A stretch of DNA of 63,563 bases, filler included, from Octopus bimaculoides (taxonomy: Eukaryota), in assembly GCF_001194135.2 (NCBI RefSeq). It is 5 parts of 5 records of this genome, joined end to end, with 100 filler letters (N's around TTAATTAATTAA, not from the genome) between each part and the next. Parts side by side here need not be neighbours in the genome. Positions count along the whole stretch, not along the records: positions 52,859 to 61,080 come from NC_068985.1; positions 61,181 to 63,563 come from NW_026427497.1; 3 more parts are not named here. One strand, given 5' to 3'. The position numbers and the translations under genes were made by a program. This document shows positions 60,315 to 63,563 of this stretch, piece after piece. Under the pieces are notes generated by a model. That model did no database searches. It saw only the letters and a list, made by a program, of their open reading frames with translations, and was not told where the DNA came from. Numbering within the stretch: position 1 is the stretch's first letter; every line of letters begins with the position of its first letter.

Positions 60315-60775
60315 TTTGTGGATGTGTGATTAAGAAGTTTGTTTTCCAGCCACATGGTTTTAAGTTCAGTCCTACTCTATAGCATCTTGGGTAGGGGTCT
60401 TCTACTCAAGCCACAGGCTAGCCAAAGCCTTCCAAATGAATTTGGTAGATGGCAACTAAAAGAAACCAGTCATATACATGTGTCTGTGTATATGTGTGTA
60501 TGCATAAGTATGTATGTGTATATATGTGTGTATGAGTGTAAGTGTGTATATATTTGTGTCTCCTTGTCTTAACATTGTTTGATTGTAACGAATGTCATTC
60601 ATTTTCAATATTCTGTGAAAATGTATGGCCATGAGGAAATATTACCTTGCTTCAAAACAGGTAAGGGTTGTCTACAGGAAGGGCATATGGCCATAAAAAA
60701 TCTGCCTCATTAAACTCCATTCAACCCATGCAGGCATGGAAAAGTGGATGTTAACACGATGAGAATAATGATGAC
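60315..60775 (+). mobile_element. SINE family A, full length, tail type 2
   Basis: Head and core, (TG)-rich spacer, then gaggaaatattaccttgcttcaaaacaggtaagggtt..aacccatgcaggcatggaaaagtggatgttaacacgatga. Confidence 0.8.
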
Positions 60776-60789
60776 ATGTTGAATTTTTT

Positions 60790-61080
60790 AACTATTGTTG
60801 CTGTTGGCACTCTGTCGCTTACGACGTCGAGGGTTCCAGTTGATCCGATCAACGGAACAGCCTGCTCGTGAAATTAACGTGCATGTGGCTGAGCACTCCA
60901 CAGACACGTGTACCCTTAACGTAGTTCTCGGGGATATTCAGTGTGACTCAGTGTGACAAGGCTGACCCTTTAAATTACAGGCACAACAGAAACATGAAGT
61001 AAGAGTGAGAGAAAGTTGTGGTGGAAGAGTACAGCAGGGTTCACCACCATCCCCTGCCAGAGCCTCGTGGAGCTTTAGGT
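60790..61080 (-). mobile_element. SINE sharing the family C tail but with a different middle domain; cut by spacer
   Basis: gacgtcgagggttccagttgatccgatcaacggaacagcctgctcgtgaaattaacgtgc..cccttaacgtagttctcgggga (matches 16890-17015), then gagtgagagaaagttgtggtgg..gagcctcgtggagctttaggt. Confidence 0.65.
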
Positions 61081-61180
61081 NNNNNNNNNNNNNNNNNNNN
61101 NNNNNNNNNNNNNNNNNNNNNNNNTTAATTAATTAANNNNNNNNNNNNNNNNNNNNNNNNNNNNNNNNNNNNNNNNNNNN
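61081..61180. other. Artificial assembly spacer (six-frame stop linker)
   Basis: 44 N + TTAATTAATTAA + 44 N. Confidence 0.95.
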
Positions 61181-61285
61181 GGCTTCTCAAAACCAGAAAG
61201 GAGAAAGCTAATTCGAAGACTAAAGATCCAGTCACTGGAACTGTAAAAGTCTGTAAAACATTACAGATATTTATCATTTAATATA
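61181..61285 (+). mobile_element. C-terminus of an R2/R4-type LINE ORF
   Basis: GFSKPERRKLIRRLKIQSVTGTVKVCKTLQIFII*; recognised only from family pattern. Confidence 0.4.
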
Positions 61286-61389
61286 TATGAACATATCTAG
61301 ATATGCAGCTATATGCATGCGAATGCATACATGAAACCAAACATATAAATCTACACACACATACATAATACATACATACATACATCCCT

Positions 61390-61920
61390 GCGGCTTATAG
61401 CAATCCTTAATCGAGTTACTAGCAGTGGTGTTGGTTCATAGTAGCTTTCCCCATCGATAACCTAGCAGTAGTCGTAGTGATGATCCCTATAAGGGTTGCA
61501 GCGCGGTTGTTGGTGGTCCTTATTTCTCGTTCTCCGCCGTAGGCATTTAGACGCAGTTGGTATTTGATATTAAAAGGCGTTCGTTTGTTATTGAATTGGT
61601 GTTGAGTTGTATCATCATTAAATTTGTAGAGAGAGAGAAAATGGTAAAGTTAGGTTGTTTGTTGCCTGCACATGTGTCTCTCTGTTCACCAAGTCCTATT
61701 TTCTATATTTCCATATTTTAATTTGCGATCTATGCCAGGTCATTCGTTGACGTGAAGTGCTCTTTGTCCAATGTAATGTTTCTCACATCCTAAGCATGCT
61801 ATTACATAAATTAGATTTTCAGATACACAGGTGGACTTATTTTTTTTATTAGAAAGCGTTGTCCGTATTTCAAACATATCCCTGATCCTTCTGTCAAATT
61901 AAAATATATTCAGCGAATAT
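61390..61920 (-). mobile_element. Penelope-like element GIY-YIG endonuclease region and 3' end
   Basis: STCVSENLIYVIACLGCEKHYIGQ..RQRMTWHRSQIK..IGLGE..PNFTIF, the canonical IY-x-C-x2-C-x3-YIG signature. Confidence 0.85.
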
Positions 61921-61939
61921 CCCCCTCTCTTTATCATTC

Positions 61940-61943
<4 letters not shown>

Positions 61944-62008
<65 letters not shown>
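61944..62008 (+). repeat. (TATC)n microsatellite
   Basis: Direct read. Confidence 0.95.
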
Positions 62009-62009
<1 letters not shown>

Positions 62010-62911
62010 AAATTATATGTTGATCTATCTCTCTACCAATCTATCAAGGCTTGTCTCTTAATCTCTCTATCCCAACTCTAAGTACCTGTACACCNNNNNN
62101 NNNNNNNNNNNNNNNNNNNNNNNNNNNNNNNNNNNNNNNNNNNNNNNNNNNNNNNNNNNNNNNNNNNNNNNNNNNNNNNNNNNNNNNNNNNNNNNNNNNN
62201 NNNNNNNNNNNNNNNNNNNNNNNNNNNNNNNNNNNNNNNNNNNNNNNNNNNNNNNNNNNNNNNNNNNNNNNNNNNNNNNNNNNNNNNNNNNNNNNNNNNN
62301 NNNNNNNNNNNNNNNNNNNNNNNNNNNNNNNNNNNNNNNNNNNNNNNNNNNNNNNNNNNNNNNNNNNNNNNNNNNNNNNNNNNNNNNNNNNNNNNNNNNN
62401 NNNNNNNNNNNNNNNNNNNNNNNNNNNNNNNNNNNNNNNNNNNNNNNNNNNNNNNNNNNNNNNNNNNNNNNNNNNNNNNNNNNNNNNNNNNNNNNNNNNN
62501 NNNNNNNNNNNNNNNNNNNNNNNNNNNNNNNNNNNNNNNNNNNNNNNNNNNNNNNNNNNNNNNNNNNNNNNNNNNNNNNNNNNNNNNNNNNNNNNNNNNN
62601 NNNNNNNNNNNNNNNNNNNNNNNNNNNNNNNNNNNNNNNNNNNNNNNNNNNNNNNNNNNNNNNNNNNNNNNNNNNNNNNNNNNNNNNNNNNNNNNNNNNN
62701 NNNNNNNNNNNNNNNNNNNNNNNNNNNNNNNNNNNNNNNNNNNNNNNNNNNNNNNNNNNNNNNNNNNNNNNNNNNNNNNNNNNNNNNNNNNNNNNNNNNN
62801 NNNNNNNNNNNNNNNNNNNNNNNNNNNNNNNNNNNNNNNNNNNNNNNNNNNNNNNNNNNNNNNNNNNNNNNNNNNNNNNNNNNNNNNNNNNNNNNNNNNN
62901 NNNNNNNNNNN

Positions 62912-62981
<70 letters not shown>

Positions 62982-63266
62982 ATGTTCGCGTGTGCGCGCG
63001 TGTATATGGCTAGCGGGCTAGAGAGAGAGAGGGAGAGAGAGAGCGAGAGAGAGAGGGAGAAAGAGAGAGAGAGAAAGAGAGAGAGAAGGAGAGAGAGAAA
63101 GAGAGAGAGAGAAGGAGAGAAGGCAAGAAAAGAAAAGGGAGACGGAGAGAAGAGAGAGAGATAGATAGAGGGAGAGATAGGGAGAGAGCGAGAAGGAGAG
63201 AGAGAGAGGGAGAGAGGGAGAGAGGGAGAGAGAAAGCAAGAAAGGAAGAGGGAGACGGAGAGAAGG

Positions 63267-63302
<36 letters not shown>

Positions 63303-63563
63303 GAGCGAGAGAGAGAGAGAGACACAGAGAGAGAAAGCAAGAATGAAAGAGAGAGAGAGAGACAGAGAGAGGAAGAGAGAGAGAGAGAAAGAGATAGAGA
63401 GAGAAGGAAAGAGAGAGAGAGATAGAAAATGAGAGAGAGAGACAGAGAGAAAGAGAGACAGAGACAGGAGAAGAGAGAGAGGGAGAGAGAAAGAGAAAGA
63501 GAGAGAGAAAGACAGAAAGAGAGACAGAGAGAGAGAGATAAAGAGAGAGAGATAAAGAGAGAG
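62912..63563 (+). repeat. (GT)n followed by a long imperfect (GA)n purine tract
   Basis: Direct read. Confidence 0.95.

Noticed and set aside
537-63340. Most ORFs in the supplied track (poly-[13 protein letters not shown], poly-N/I/D)
   Set aside because: They are translations of N gaps and di- or trinucleotide microsatellites, not genes.

Overview
Eukaryotic, AT-rich, non-coding-dominated genomic DNA. The SINE families and dense (AT)n/(ATT)n/(AG)n/(AC)n microsatellites look like an octopus or other coleoid cephalopod; this is recognition from memory, not a database result. About 5.5 kb is N. Four 100-bp spacers (44 N + TTAATTAATTAA + 44 N) split the window into five joined pieces: 1-18182, 18283-27903, 28004-52758, 52859-61080 and 61181-63563. 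No complete host gene is visible; only a few short exon or first-exon candidates exist, all low confidence. The interpretable content is transposon debris: several tRNA-derived SINE families, R4/Dong-clade LINE pieces nested in AAT repeats, CR1- and RTE-clade LINE fragments, Penelope-like pieces (GIY-YIG and RT-linker), a Helitron helicase remnant, two TIR-bounded mariners, and mariner and hAT MITEs. I cannot support a clearly new biological system. The best leads are (i) minimal hammerhead-ribozyme motifs of the Penelope type, one near-intact at 34417-34452, (ii) an ATT/AAT-microsatellite-targeted Dong LINE plus SINE nesting pattern, and (iii) a CpG-depleted 8.2-kb block bounded exactly by artificial joins that may be the body of a methylated host gene.
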